This document shows, piece after piece, positions 37,906 through 50,222 of a stretch of DNA of 64,000 nucleotides. How positions within the stretch are numbered: position 1 is the first letter of the stretch; each line of letters starts with the position of its first letter. Location of the stretch: assembly GCF_006345805.1 (NCBI RefSeq), contig NC_042999.1, positions 135,470,001 through 135,534,000 of the forward strand, read 5' to 3'. The notes under the pieces were generated by a model. That model had not been told where the DNA came from, searched no databases, and saw only the letters and a program-made list of their open reading frames with translations. This DNA comes from Octopus sinensis. Lineage: Eukaryota. Made by a program: the position numbers and the translations under genes.

Positions 37906-38974
37906 TTGATGATAAAGGCTATGAAACGCCCGTAACCCCAAGATGATAAGTGTATTACCTCTCATACCTCCAAACATTTTATGATTTATATATACTTTCA
38001 CGTCAACTTTATTATTATTAGTTATTGGTTATTTTGTCAAAGATTTCTCGTTACACATACTATTTCTCGTTACAATGACTATTTTTTCTCTGTCTCCTTT
38101 CTTTCTGGCCTTATTATTTTGTATATTCCATCTTTTTCTGAATATATATATATATATATATATATACACATTATTACTACTTTATACACTAATATGAAAC
38201 AGCTTTCGAAATCATTTCAATCATTAGCAAGATACCTGTAGAAGTGTACCTGTCTGGTAGCTTGCACATACACATACACACTGGCGCATTGTGAAGGACA
38301 CGTTATGTAATACGCATGCGTTCCCTGATCAATGTGTTTGTGTATGTGTGTGTTTACTGGTGTAAGATTGCGTTGCAGTTAAATTTCCGCTTTCGTTGTC
38401 GCGCTGGTCTTTTTGTTTTTGCTCCCCCACCTCTCTCTCTCTCTCTCTCTCCACTCACTCTCTTTCACTCTGTCTGTTACTCTCTCTCTTCCTCTCTCTT
38501 TCTATATATCTCTTTCTCAATGAATTAGAAATAATTTACTTTTTGTATTTAATAATTAATATTTATAGCTTTTGTCCAGGTAGGCACTGTCTTCTCATAA
38601 AAGACGACGTGTCGCTGATTTTGAATGCTATGTGATGTATGTGGGCTCAACTGCGAATAAAATTTCGGTCAACGGCTGCTCTTATTAAAAATTAAAAGAA
38701 AAACCTAAGAGGTCAAAAGGTAAGGAGAGCGAAAAATATATTTATTTGTTTTGGGAATGATGGATCTCGAAGCAAATAAAGCTATAAATAATCGCTTCTA
38801 TTACAGGCACAAGGACTGAAATTTGCAGACGAAATACCACTAAGTATTTCGCAGGTCTGCTAACGTTTCTTATTTCTTTACTGCCCACAAAGGGCTACAC
38901 ACAGAGGGGACAAACAAGGACAGACAAACGGATTAAGTCGATTATATCAACCCCAGTGCGTAACTGGTATTTAT

Positions 38975-39190
38975 TTAATCGTTTCTATTACAGGCACAAG
39001 GCCTGAAATTTGCAGGGTGGGAGTATGTCAATTACATGGATCACAGTGCTCGATTGGTACTTATTTTACCGACAACGAAACAGATTAAAGCAAAGTCGAC
39101 CTCGGTGCAACATGAACTAAGAACGTTAAGACAAACGAAACGTTGCTATGCATTTTGCCCGGCGTGCTAACGATTCTGCCAGCTCGCCGT
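38975..39190 (-). mobile_element. SINE family A
   Basis: tttctattacaggcacaaggcctgaaatttg..gtgctaacgattctgccagctcgccg. Confidence 0.85.
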
Positions 39191-39599
39191 TTTTAGAACA
39201 AAAGGCAAAGTTGACCTCGGCGGGGAGAAGTGCAACCAAGCATTTTATCCGACACGCTAACAATTCTGGCAATAAAATAACAACAGCAACAAGCGTGTAT
39301 ATTGTATTAAAAGTGTAAACATGACAAGCGATGTACTACAGATCAAAAGCAAAGCTTTGCGGATAGCTTTAGAAACTTCATTCGTATCAGCGAGAATTGA
39401 AGAATTGAATGTTGTTTACGCCATAAGAACATTTAGACGCCATAAGAATTTTTAGAGAGGAAGACAAAGAGAGAGGGAGAGAGAGACAGAGAGACAGACA
39501 CGGAGTTGAGGTTTGAAATTCAGTTAAAAGTATTTCCTATTTTTTTACTTTTAAATTCGAAACTGAGAATTTTAAAATTAAATTCAAAATTATTTCGTT

Positions 39600-39822
39600 T
39601 GATTATACACATTTGTGTTGTGTTTGGCTTCAACGCCGCCCTCAACGTTTGCTCGCTATTCCCAGCAGCTTCTCGCTGTTGATGCCACCAAAAATTAACA
39701 ATATTATGGTTAAAGGCGTGAAACTGTAAGAACCTTTTGGACGATAACTGACGAGGAATTAGCAACGTCAGTGTCTAGTGTGTGAATTTTCCGTTTGTTC
39801 TTTGTTGTGTTTCTGTTTAAAT
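39600..39822 (-). repeat. Inverted counterpart of 31280-31503
   Basis: See 31280-31503. Confidence 0.85.
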
Positions 39823-40343
39823 TTTGGGACCTATTTTGTATGTATGTATGTATGTATGTATGTATGTATGTATGTATGTATGTATGTATGTGTGTATGTG
39901 TATATATATATATTGGGTTTCCAGACAAATTGGTCCAGTGTTTTGTTTTTTTGCATTTCTATTTGGCACGCCATAATCATATGTGTGAAAAGAGTTAAAA
40001 TTTATTCAAATCGATACACAAAAGTTGTAAAGGAAGAATAGAGTAACAAAAAAAAGACATAAACAAAAAATCAACAACATAAAACACTGCAATAAAAATA
40101 CTTTTCGTGTTAATTCAAATAACATTCTAAAGGACCAAAATAATTGGGAGAAAAAAATCAACGAATTTATTTGACAACTCAGTATTTATATTTGTGTGTG
40201 TGAGAGAGAGAGACAGAGTGTGTGTGGAGGGGCGTTCATACGTGCGCGCGTGTGTTTGTGTGTATACATAAATATATATACGTATATATATATATAGAGA
40301 GAGAGAGAATATATATACATATATATTTATACATATATATATA

Positions 40344-40455
40344 CACTGCCTGCTTTCTATCTTTTAGGAAGTTGTGCAGCCCTCTGCAAGTTTTCCGTCT
40401 ATGCCGAGATCACGCAGTTTGTGACGGATCATACCATGGTCGACTTTATCAAAGG
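40344..40455 (-). mobile_element. CR1-type RT fragment (inverted duplicate of 43158-43287)
   Basis: Reverse complement encodes YLDF.KAFDKVDHGMIRHKLRDLG. Confidence 0.9.
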
Positions 40456-41445
40456 CTTTTGAAAAGTCGAGATATGTGTGTGTGTTATATATATATTGTA
40501 TATATGTATACACATATATATGTATATAGAGCATATAAATGTATGTATATATATATATATTATATATTATATATATATATATTATATATATATATATATA
40601 CTAGCAGAATTGCCCGGCGTTGCTCGGGGCTGAATTGCTTGAAAGTACTGTTAATGATTGCACTGAATTATGATGATTATTCAGGCAAATATTGATATAA
40701 GCTTACGGTGAGAGATAAGGACTTAACGATCAAACGTGTGCCATTGCATTGTTTTGGGGGAACCAAATTTCTGATGAGCATTATAGGGGCACCAACTTTA
40801 AGTTTGAGAAAGTGTGGTGGTAGTCCGGGGTGCTCAAAGGAATTGAGTACCTCTATTGGATAGTTGATGACGTCCTCTGGGTCAGGAGTTGTATCGATAG
40901 ACTGATATACATAGACTTCCCCAAGAATGAGTTTTAGCATTTCATCATTAATATGGTGAACAGTTTTATTCCTCGGGGCCAGTATAGCCTTTTGCCAATC
41001 CAATCCATATTCTGATAATTAGCTTGTAGATCTGGGAACACTGCATCTCTGAGATCAGAAGGCGTCTTAACAATGGTACAAATGGAATCGATGGCAATAT
41101 TACCATTTTCATCCCCTGGTATTTTGCCTTCGCCAAGTGCAAGGAGGGTGTGAGGAAATGCTGCTGATGTGATATTACGTCGCATATGAGCACGCATATT
41201 GGTGTGAAGTTTGAGAGTTACTTCCGTTTATTTTTAAAAATATGCATTAAAATGGAAAAAAATGATGGTAAATTATTTGTAAAATCATAGACTCATCGTA
41301 GACGCGCGCTAATACCCAGAAGGGCTCGATATGAATCACGACTATAAGATACCCGGTTTTGGTTAAACTGCATCGCAAAATGTGGGAGTAGTTAGGAATC
41401 TAAATCGGAGTAGACAGACACACAACCTTTCTTTTATATATAAAT

Positions 41446-41925
41446 TTTTCGTCCTAAAAAACTTTGTATGGATTGAATGGTTACCTCTATGGAAATATAT
41501 ACACGCACATTATACATACATGTGTGTATAGATGAATATATAAATACATTTAAATATCTATATACACTTTTGGGCGATCTTTCTGTTTCTTAGAGATAAC
41601 TTTAGATCTTATTTTCGTGCTAAAAAACTTTGTATGGAGTGAATGGTTACCTCTATGGAAATATATACACACACGTTATACATACATGTGTGCATAGATG
41701 AATATATAAATACATTTATATATCTATATACACTTTTGGGCGATCTCTGTGCTACTTAGAGATAACTTTAGATCTTATTTTCGTCCTAAAAAACTTTGTG
41801 CGGAGTGAATGGTTACGTGTATGGAAATATATACACACACATTATACATACATCTGTGTATAGATGAATATATAAATACATTTAAATATCTATATACACT
41901 TTTGGGCGATCTTTCTGCTACTTGG
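41446..41925. repeat. Three tandem 166-bp units inside the Helitron
   Basis: Unit starts (ttttcgt) at 41446, 41612 and 41778. Confidence 0.92.
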
Positions 41926-41932
41926 ATATAGG

Positions 41933-42385
41933 GGCGATGTTTCGCTTGTCGTAGCACACGTTTCCGTCGATTTCCGTAAAAAATGTAAACACTGAATCGG
42001 CCATACATACATACATACATACACACACACACATACATACACACACACACACACACACATACATGCATACATACATATACACATAAACCGAGTAAAAAAT
42101 TTCAGTTATCTCTCTCTTTCACACATTACTCTCTCTGTCTCTTCACACACACTAACAGAAGCACTTCACTTACACAACATACTGTCTGTCTCCCACACTC
42201 CATCAAAACACACACCACACACACACATGTACATCAATGCGTCCCATGCACGGTAACTTCAAAAGAACTTCCCTCGTCATACAATCGCTTTCTCTTAGTC
42301 TCTTTCGCTCTCATTACTTATTAAAAAAAATAAGTTTTTTACGGAAATCGACGGAAACCTGTGCTACGACAAGCGAAACATCGCC
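41933..42385. mobile_element. Young non-autonomous TIR element, probably Merlin superfamily
   Basis: 51-bp TIR (ggcgatgtttcgcttgtcgtagcac..) with one mismatch; perfect 8-bp TSD gatatagg at 41925-41932 and 42386-42393. Confidence 0.8.
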
Positions 42386-42441
42386 GATATAGGTCTTATA
42401 TTCGTCCTAAAATACTTTCCTGTCACACACTCACGCACACG

Positions 42442-42480
<39 letters not shown>

Positions 42481-43157
42481 CCCACACTCACACACACACA
42501 CGCACGCCACACACTCACAACACGCACGTTAGCTTACAATTTTATTTATATATTTGCGTGTCTATGTGTGTAAAGAGGAAGTGGCAGACTGAAAGAGTCA
42601 CTCACTACAAAAGGTGAATTACTTTCATTTTATTCCTTGCACACTGTGTGTGTGCGTGTGCGTGTGGTGTAAAACACATTAAGAAAAGCATTTGACATAC
42701 ACACCAGAATGTGAGTTTTCTGTAAATTTTGCTTAATTGGAGTTTAAATTTTAAAAAGTGGACCTGGCAAAACCCGATGCATTCTACTCTTAAAAATGCT
42801 AAGTAAATTGTAATTGAAGAAATCCTATATTGTAGATTTCTATAACTGACAAAGGGAGGCAGATAAAATCTGCCTTTATAATAAGAGATATGCATATCGT
42901 ATATATATATATGCATATATGTAATGTATAATATTTATAGATATTATATATATATATTATATATATATATAGCTATATATATTATATATCTATATATATA
43001 TATATATATATAGACAATATATACATATACATATATGCATTATATTTATATTAACGATATGCATATATATATATATATATATATACATACATTTATATGC
43101 TCTATATACATATATATGTGTATACATATATACAATATATATATATATACACACACA

Positions 43158-43750
43158 TATCTCGACTTTGCAAAAGCCTTTGATAAAGTCGACCATGGTA
43201 TGATCCGTCACAAACTGCGTGATCTCGGCATAGACGGAAAACTTGCAGAGGGCTGCACACTTCCTAAAAGATAGAAAGCAGGCAGTGGTGGCCAATGGAG
43301 CCACCTCCAAGGAAACACAAATAACAAGTGGTGTTCCACAGGACACTGTCTTGGGGCCACTGCTGATCATAGTGGCCCTTTCAGACATGCTTTCTGTTGC
43401 GGGAGAGATATGCAGTGATATACATCTGGAAAATCCTGGTGGGCCTTGTCCCAAATTTTGGCATTGGAAGTTACCCCAGCAGCAGAACAGGGCGCCACAT
43501 CATGGTGCTAAAGATCCCAACATCACCATCAAAATACAGGATCAGATACTGAAACAGCTTGGGTTCCAGGGGACCACAGTTCTTCAATATCCTTCCTAAA
43601 TGCATGAGAGACCTGCATCGTGTGGATGTGAGTTTTTTCTAAAACTAAACTGGATCTCTTCTTGTCAGGGGTTCCAGATGAATCTACCTCTCGGCAGGAA
43701 ACACGGATGCGGGCAGCGGCGTCGAACTCCCTTCTTGACCAAGTGCCACG
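43158..43750 (+). mobile_element. CR1/L2-type LINE fragment (same subfamily as 48117), internally deleted
   Basis: YLDFAKAFDKVDHG..SGVPQDTVLGPLL, then a jump to the post-RT region at ~43397. Confidence 0.9.
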
Positions 43751-43790
43751 TATATGTATATATATATATTTACTAAAAAATTTTTTTTAA

Positions 43791-44130
43791 ATTTTATCTA
43801 GTTTCATCTCACGAGCTGTGGCCATGCTGGGGTACCGCCAATTCGGTGTTGCTACACGATTTTACTTCACGAATGCTTTTTAGCAATTGCCATTTGGTGC
43901 ATGAGAGAGCTCGATGCAGCTGCCCTGATCCGCACCTCCTGCCGTGAAGTTGGTTCATCTGGGACATCTGACAGGAAGAGATCCAGTTTTATTTTAAAGA
44001 CATCTGCAACCACCCATGCAAGTCTCTCATGTCCTTCGGGAGGATATTGAAGAGCTGATGACCTCTGAAGCCCAGGCTATCACAGTATCTTGTCCTACAT
44101 CTTGATGGCAAATTTGGAGTCCTTGGCACT
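43791..44130 (-). mobile_element. CR1/L2-type LINE 3' end (same subfamily as 46126)
   Basis: RTRYCDSLGFRGHQLFNILPKDMRDLHG plus 3' tail in reverse. Confidence 0.9.
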
Positions 44131-44246
44131 ATATATATATATACATATATAATATATATATACATATATATAATATATATGTATACATACATAATATATA
44201 TATATATATATGTATATATATGTATATATATAATACATATATAATA

Positions 44247-45404
44247 TCTCTTATTATAAAAGGCAGATTTTATCTGCCTTCCTTTGGGAGTTATACAAAT
44301 CTACAATATAGGATTTCTTCAATTACAATTTACCTAGCAGTTTAAAGTACAATGCATCGCGTCATGCCAGGTCCAGTTTTTAAAATTTAAACTCCAATTA
44401 AGCAAAATTTACAGAAAACTCACATTCTGGGTGTGTGTCAAATGCTTTCTTAGTCTGGTTTACACCACACGCAAACGCACACACACAGTGGGCAACGAAT
44501 AAAATGAAAGTAATGTAATATTTATTTCTGTCTATCACGCTGATAGATACATGAGTAAAATGTATGGGAAGCTAACAGATAACAGTGAGTGAAAATGTTC
44601 TTGAAGAGAGAGTAAATTAGCGACAGTGATTGAGGAAGACTAAACTGAACTATGAAACAGTGTTTATGTATAAACAGACGACACTTATATAAACCCTTTC
44701 GTTACCAAACCGCCCGAATTTACCATTCATATTTAAATGAGAATATCAGAGTAAATCTCTTTAGTACATTCGTGAAAACACGTATTATACTTCGTAAACA
44801 CTTCAAATACAGTTTTGTACAAAAATCGAAGTGTAATTTAATTCCGTGAATTATGGGAGATTTTTTTCCGAAATTTGTTCCTATTGTGTTTTCAAAATTT
44901 GTAATTCTGACAAAAAATGGATACGAATTTCATTATATCAAGCAGCGAGTCAGAATTCGAAGGTTTTACTGAAGACCTTCATAAATCTAACTCTATGACG
45001 AAAAAAAAAAGCATCTTTATATAAGAGTGAAGTTGTGTGTCTGTCCCCTTCGATTTACATTCGTAATTACTCCCACATTTTGCGGTGCAGTTTAACCAAA
45101 ATCGGGTATCTTATAGTCGTGATTCATATCGAGCCCTTCTGGGTATAAGCGCGTCTACGATGAGTCTACGATTTAAAAAAAATTTACCATCATATTTTTC
45201 CATTTTAATGCATTTTTCGCTTTTATATAAGGGAAGTAAACTCTCTAAAAATATCCACGATGTGTGTGAACGATTTAAAAAAAATTTACCTTAATTTTTT
45301 TTCAATTTTAAGCATTTTTTTTGCTATTTTTTGGCTATAAATCTCTAAAAATGCTTATATAGTTATTTCCCTTACAACCGAGCAACGCCGGGCGATACTG
45401 CTAG
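44247..45404 (+). mobile_element. Composite non-autonomous Helitron
   Basis: A|TC 5' ends at 44247 and 45014, CTAG|T at 45404; modules homologous to 42887-42615 and 41444-41225. Confidence 0.8.
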
Positions 45405-45503
45405 TACATATATATAATACAATATAATATATATATATAATATAATATATATATATTATAATATATATATAATACATATATTTATATAATATGTATATAT
45501 ATA

Positions 45504-45539
<36 letters not shown>

Positions 45540-45599
45540 TATATAATATATACATATATATATATAGAATATATATACATACATATACAATATATATAG

Positions 45600-45633
<34 letters not shown>

Positions 45634-45976
45634 AATGAATGTTTTTATATATAATGAAACGTGAAATACAGGAAGGACGAACACGGAACACAGACAAATC
45701 ATTCGAAGCCTTCAATCTTCAGTCAGACATCGAATCATCATAGCAAATTTCGGCTGTTCAATTCTGATATTTGCTCCAACTCGGCCAGCCCCAAGAAAAA
45801 AAACTAAGCTGTAAGCATTAGATTTCTTGGTAGAAGACAGGAATGTGAACGCACAAGACGGATGTGAATACAAGAGACGAAAACGAATTGAAAACAGTAA
45901 TGAATAAACAAATATATATAAACGGTGGTTGTCATACGACTTTAGACCAAATGAGACAAAACAACAACAACATAGC

Positions 45977-46025
<49 letters not shown>

Positions 46026-46125
46026 ATAATAGATATGTCTATAATATATATAGACACATCCGCATATATATATACATATAAATACATATATATATATATG
46101 TATATATATATATGTATATATATAT

Positions 46126-47646
46126 GAAGGAAGGTAAAAATATGCCCCATTCATAAAGGAGGTAGCAGAGCGGAAGCCAAGAACTATAGACCATCTCTCT
46201 GACCTCAACATCAGCAAGGTCATGGAACGAATAGTCAGAAGGAAGCTGATCACCTTCCTTGAAGAAAATGACTTGCTGCCCGACACCAAACATGGTTTCC
46301 GACCAGGGAGAAGCTGTTTAACTCAGCTCCTACAACACTATGACTGGGTGCTGAAACGGCTGCTCAACCACTCAAATGTGGAAGTGATATATCTCGACTT
46401 TGCAAAGGCCTTTGATAAAGTCGATCATGGAATGATATGTCACAAACTGCGTGATCTCAACATAGTTGGAAAACTGGGAGAATGGCTTCATGACTTTCTG
46501 AAGATAGAAGTCAGGTGGTAGTGGCCAATGGGGCCACTTCCATTAACACGCAAATAGTGAGCGGTGTTCCGCAGGGCACTGTTCTGGGACACTACTGTTC
46601 ATAATGGCCTCTCAGACATGCCCTCAGCCACGCAGAGAGCACGATCACAAGTTATGCAGATGATACAAAAGTTTCACAGGCAATACAGAACCCTGAGGAC
46701 ACTAAACACCTGCAATGTGAGCTAGACAAAATATACAAGTGGGCCGAAAAGAATAGCATGCAGTTCAATGCTGAAAAGTTTCAAGCTCTATACTATCAGC
46801 ATGCAAAACTAAATGCAATACCCAATGAATACACTGGACCCGGAGGAAGGATAGCAATCCAGAGGCACAATCAGTGCGTGACCTAGGTATTTCCATGAGT
46901 GATGACGCGACCTTTCGTGTACATGTTGCTAAATTGGCAATGAAATGTAGACGAATGGCCGGATGGATCCTCAGAACCTTTAGAACAAGAGAACAAGAAA
47001 CCATGATGGTCCTCTGGAGGACACTTGTCCTAAGCCACTTGGATACTGCTCTCAGTTATGGTCACATCCAGTGTCAAGTTGATCACAGAGCTCGAGGCGA
47101 TCCAACGTAGCTACACGAAGAAGATAGCCTCTATGCAGAATGTAAGCTACTGGAAAGACTTCAGGAAATTAAAATTATATTCCCTGGAGCGTAGGCGGGA
47201 AAGATATGCCATAATATATACATCTGGAAGATCCTGGAACGAAGTGTCCTGAACTTGGCATCGAGAGTTACGCAAATGCCAGAACTGGGCGCCACTGCGT
47301 GGTGCCTAGGACTCCAAACTTGCCATCAAGATGTAGGACAAGATTCTGTGATAGCCTGGGCTTCCGAGGCCCACAGCTCTTCAATATCCTCCCGAAGAAC
47401 TGAGAGACCTGCATGGGGTGGATACAGATGCCTTTAAATGAAGCTGGATCTCTTCTGTCAGGTGTCCCAGATGAAACCAACTTCACGGCAGGAGGGGCAG
47501 ATGAGGGCAGCTGCATCGAACTCTCTCATGCACCAAATAGCAGCTGCTAGAAAGCTTCATGAAGTGAAACCAAGTAGCAACGCCAAATGGCGGTGCCCCA
47601 GCATGGCCACAGCTCATAAGCTGAAACTGGAAAAATCAAAATCAAA

Positions 47647-47648
<2 letters not shown>
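46126..47648 (+). mobile_element. 5'-truncated CR1/L2-type LINE (RT and C-terminus, 3' tail)
   Basis: MERIVRRKLITFLEENDLL..HGFRPGRSCLTQLL..YLDFAKAFDKVDH..SYADDTKV..FNAEKFQ..VRDLG..SLERRRERY; frameshifts. Confidence 0.95.
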
Positions 47649-47686
<38 letters not shown>

Positions 47687-48053
47687 TGTATATATACGTA
47701 TACGTATATACATATATGTACATACATATATACATATATACATATATACATATATGTATATATACATATATATGGACAATAAGAAAATGGAGGAAAACAC
47801 TAATGAGAAGTGTGTTTTTGGTACTAAAAAGCCATTATTTAATTTGTTAAGCAAGGTGAGGAGAAGAATGAGTTTACAGCTGTTTCTGTGTATCATGTTG
47901 AGGTAAATATGTATTTACCTCGTTGCAAATAGTAGTCGTCAACAGAGCGAAGATGGCAGAGATAGACAAAGAGGAGAATAGAGCGAAAGACAGAGGTAGA
48001 TATATGTACATAAGTCTATGTATTTATATATCTACATACCATATATATGTATA

Positions 48054-48093
<40 letters not shown>

Positions 48094-48116
48094 ATATATA
48101 TATATATATATATATT

Positions 48117-49636
48117 AGGGGGTAATATGCCCTATCCATAAGGGAGGTAGCAGAGAGCAGATGCTAAAAATTATAGGCCTATCTCTCTGACCTCACACAT
48201 CAGCAAAGTCATGGAACGAATAGTCCGTAAGAAAACTAATCATGTTCCTTGAAGAAAATGACTTACTGTCTGACACCCAGCATGGATTTCGACCAGGTAG
48301 AGGCTGCCTAACACAGTCCTGCAAACACTATGACTGGGTGTTGAAACAGCTACTAAATGGCTCAATGTGGATGGAATATCTTGACTTTGCAAAAGCCTTT
48401 GATAAAGTCGACATGGTATGATCTGTCACAAACTGCGTGGTCTGGCATAGGCGGGAAACTTGGAGAGTGGCTGCACAGCTTCCTAAAAGACAGAAAACAG
48501 GCAGTTAGTTGTGAGCAATGGAGCCACCTCCAGGGGAAACGCAAATAACAAGCGGGTGTCCCACAGGGCACTGTCTTGGGGCCACTGATGTTCATAGTGG
48601 CCCTTTCAGACATGCCTTCAGTTGCTACGATGACCACCCTTGCTGGCTGTGCGGGTGACACAGAGGTCTCCCACGCAGTACGGAACCCTGAGGGTATTGC
48701 GCATCTGCAACATGAGCTGGACACAATATACAGGTGGGCTGAGGACAACAACATGCAGTTTGGTGCAGGTGGGTTCCGGGCCCTGCGCTACTGGCACACA
48801 GGGGTAAATGACGTGGAGACTGGATACACTGGCCCAGGGAGAATTGCAATCCCTGAGTCGGGGTCAGTGCGTGGCCTGGGCATTGACATGAGCAATGGTG
48901 CATCTTTCCAAATGCATATTGCTAGTCTGGTGATAAAGTGCGGACGGCTGGCTGGATGGATTCTCCGGACTTTCAGAACAGGGGGGAGGGAGACACTGAT
49001 GGTCCTATGGAAAACATTTGTCCTCAGCCGCTTGGACTACTGCTCCCAACTTTGGTCACCACACAATATAAAACAAACAGCAGAACTCGAAGCAACTCAG
49101 AGAAGCTACACAAAGAAAATCGTCTCAATGCAAAATGTCAGCTACTGGGAAAGACTGAAGGTATTAAACCTCTTCTCCCTGGAGCGGAGGCGGGAGAGAT
49201 ATGCAGTAATATACATCTGGAAAATCCTGGAGGGTCTTATCCCAAACTTTGGCATTCAAAGTTACTCCAGCCGCGGAGCGGGGCGCCGCTGCGTGGTGCA
49301 GGGATTCCAACATCACCATCAAAATACAGGTCCAGATACTGCAACAGCTTGGTTTCAGAGGACCACAGCTTTTCAACATCCTCCCTAAGTGCCTGAGAGA
49401 CTTGCATGGTGTGGATGTGGGTTTCTTTAAAAACTAAACTGGATCTCTTCTTGTTGGGAGTCCCAGATGAACCTACCTCACGACAGGAGACACGGATGCG
49501 GGCAGCAGCATCGAACTCCCTTGTTGATCAAGTGCCACGTATCAGAGGTGGATTCACAAACTAGTGTGGCTCATTCAGCGGTGGTGCCCAGCATGGCCGC
49601 GGCCTTCGGGCTAAAACATTTTTAAGGATTAAGGAT
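48117..49636 (+). mobile_element. 5'-truncated CR1/L2-type LINE with clustered A->G substitutions
   Basis: ORF 48576-49388 aligns to the 46126 copy, but conserved D/N/K/R/Y residues read G/C/E (CAGD for YADD, FGAGGFR for FNAEKFQ, VRGLG for VRDLG). Confidence 0.95.
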
Positions 49637-49637
49637 T

Positions 49638-49671
<34 letters not shown>

Positions 49672-49688
49672 ATATATATATAATATAT

Positions 49689-49721
<33 letters not shown>

Positions 49722-49812
49722 GGTATATAAATATGTATATTCGCCTTAAATGGTCCTTTTACATACTGAACACTTGGTGAAATGGACTAATTAATTTTAC
49801 CCTCAATTGTTG

Positions 49813-49862
<50 letters not shown>

Positions 49863-50222
49863 ATTTATTTATATATGTATATATATATACATATACGTCT
49901 ATGTATATACATATATATATGTATATGACTATAATATATATCTTTATGTATATATATATGTGTGTGTGTCTCTATATGTCTATATGTATATGTTGTTGCT
50001 GCCTTAGCTTCCCTATCGTTATCAGCCTGCTTATTTACAGGGGTGAGGGATCCATTCATTTGGGAAACTACTGGAGGGGAAGAGAAAGAGAGAGTGAGGG
50101 AGAGAGAGGAGAGAATGAAGGATGTGAGGGAAAGGGAGAGATGGAGTGAGAAGAGTAAGGAAAATGAGAAGTATATGAGACTTCTGGTTTTTGCTCCGTT
50201 TTTCCCTATCCTTATCAGCCCT

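Larger units (their letters stand above)
40601..42887 (-). mobile_element. Composite Helitron with PIF1-family helicase fragment (40677-41200)
   Basis: 5' A|TC at 42887, second 5'-type module at ~41444, CTAG|T at 40601; ORFs ILAPRNKTVHHIND..LNSFEHPGLPPHFLKLKVGAPIMLIRNLVPPKQCNGTRLIV and LKLHTNMRAH..LLALGEGK. Confidence 0.88.

Noticed and set aside
41446-41925. CRISPR-like array
   Set aside because: Head-to-tail 166-bp units without unique spacers, in a eukaryotic context.
45660-45960. Hammerhead in the repeat containing CTGAAGA and cagccgaaat (minus strand)
   Set aside because: Boxes are not flanked by pairable stems in any permutation in this copy.
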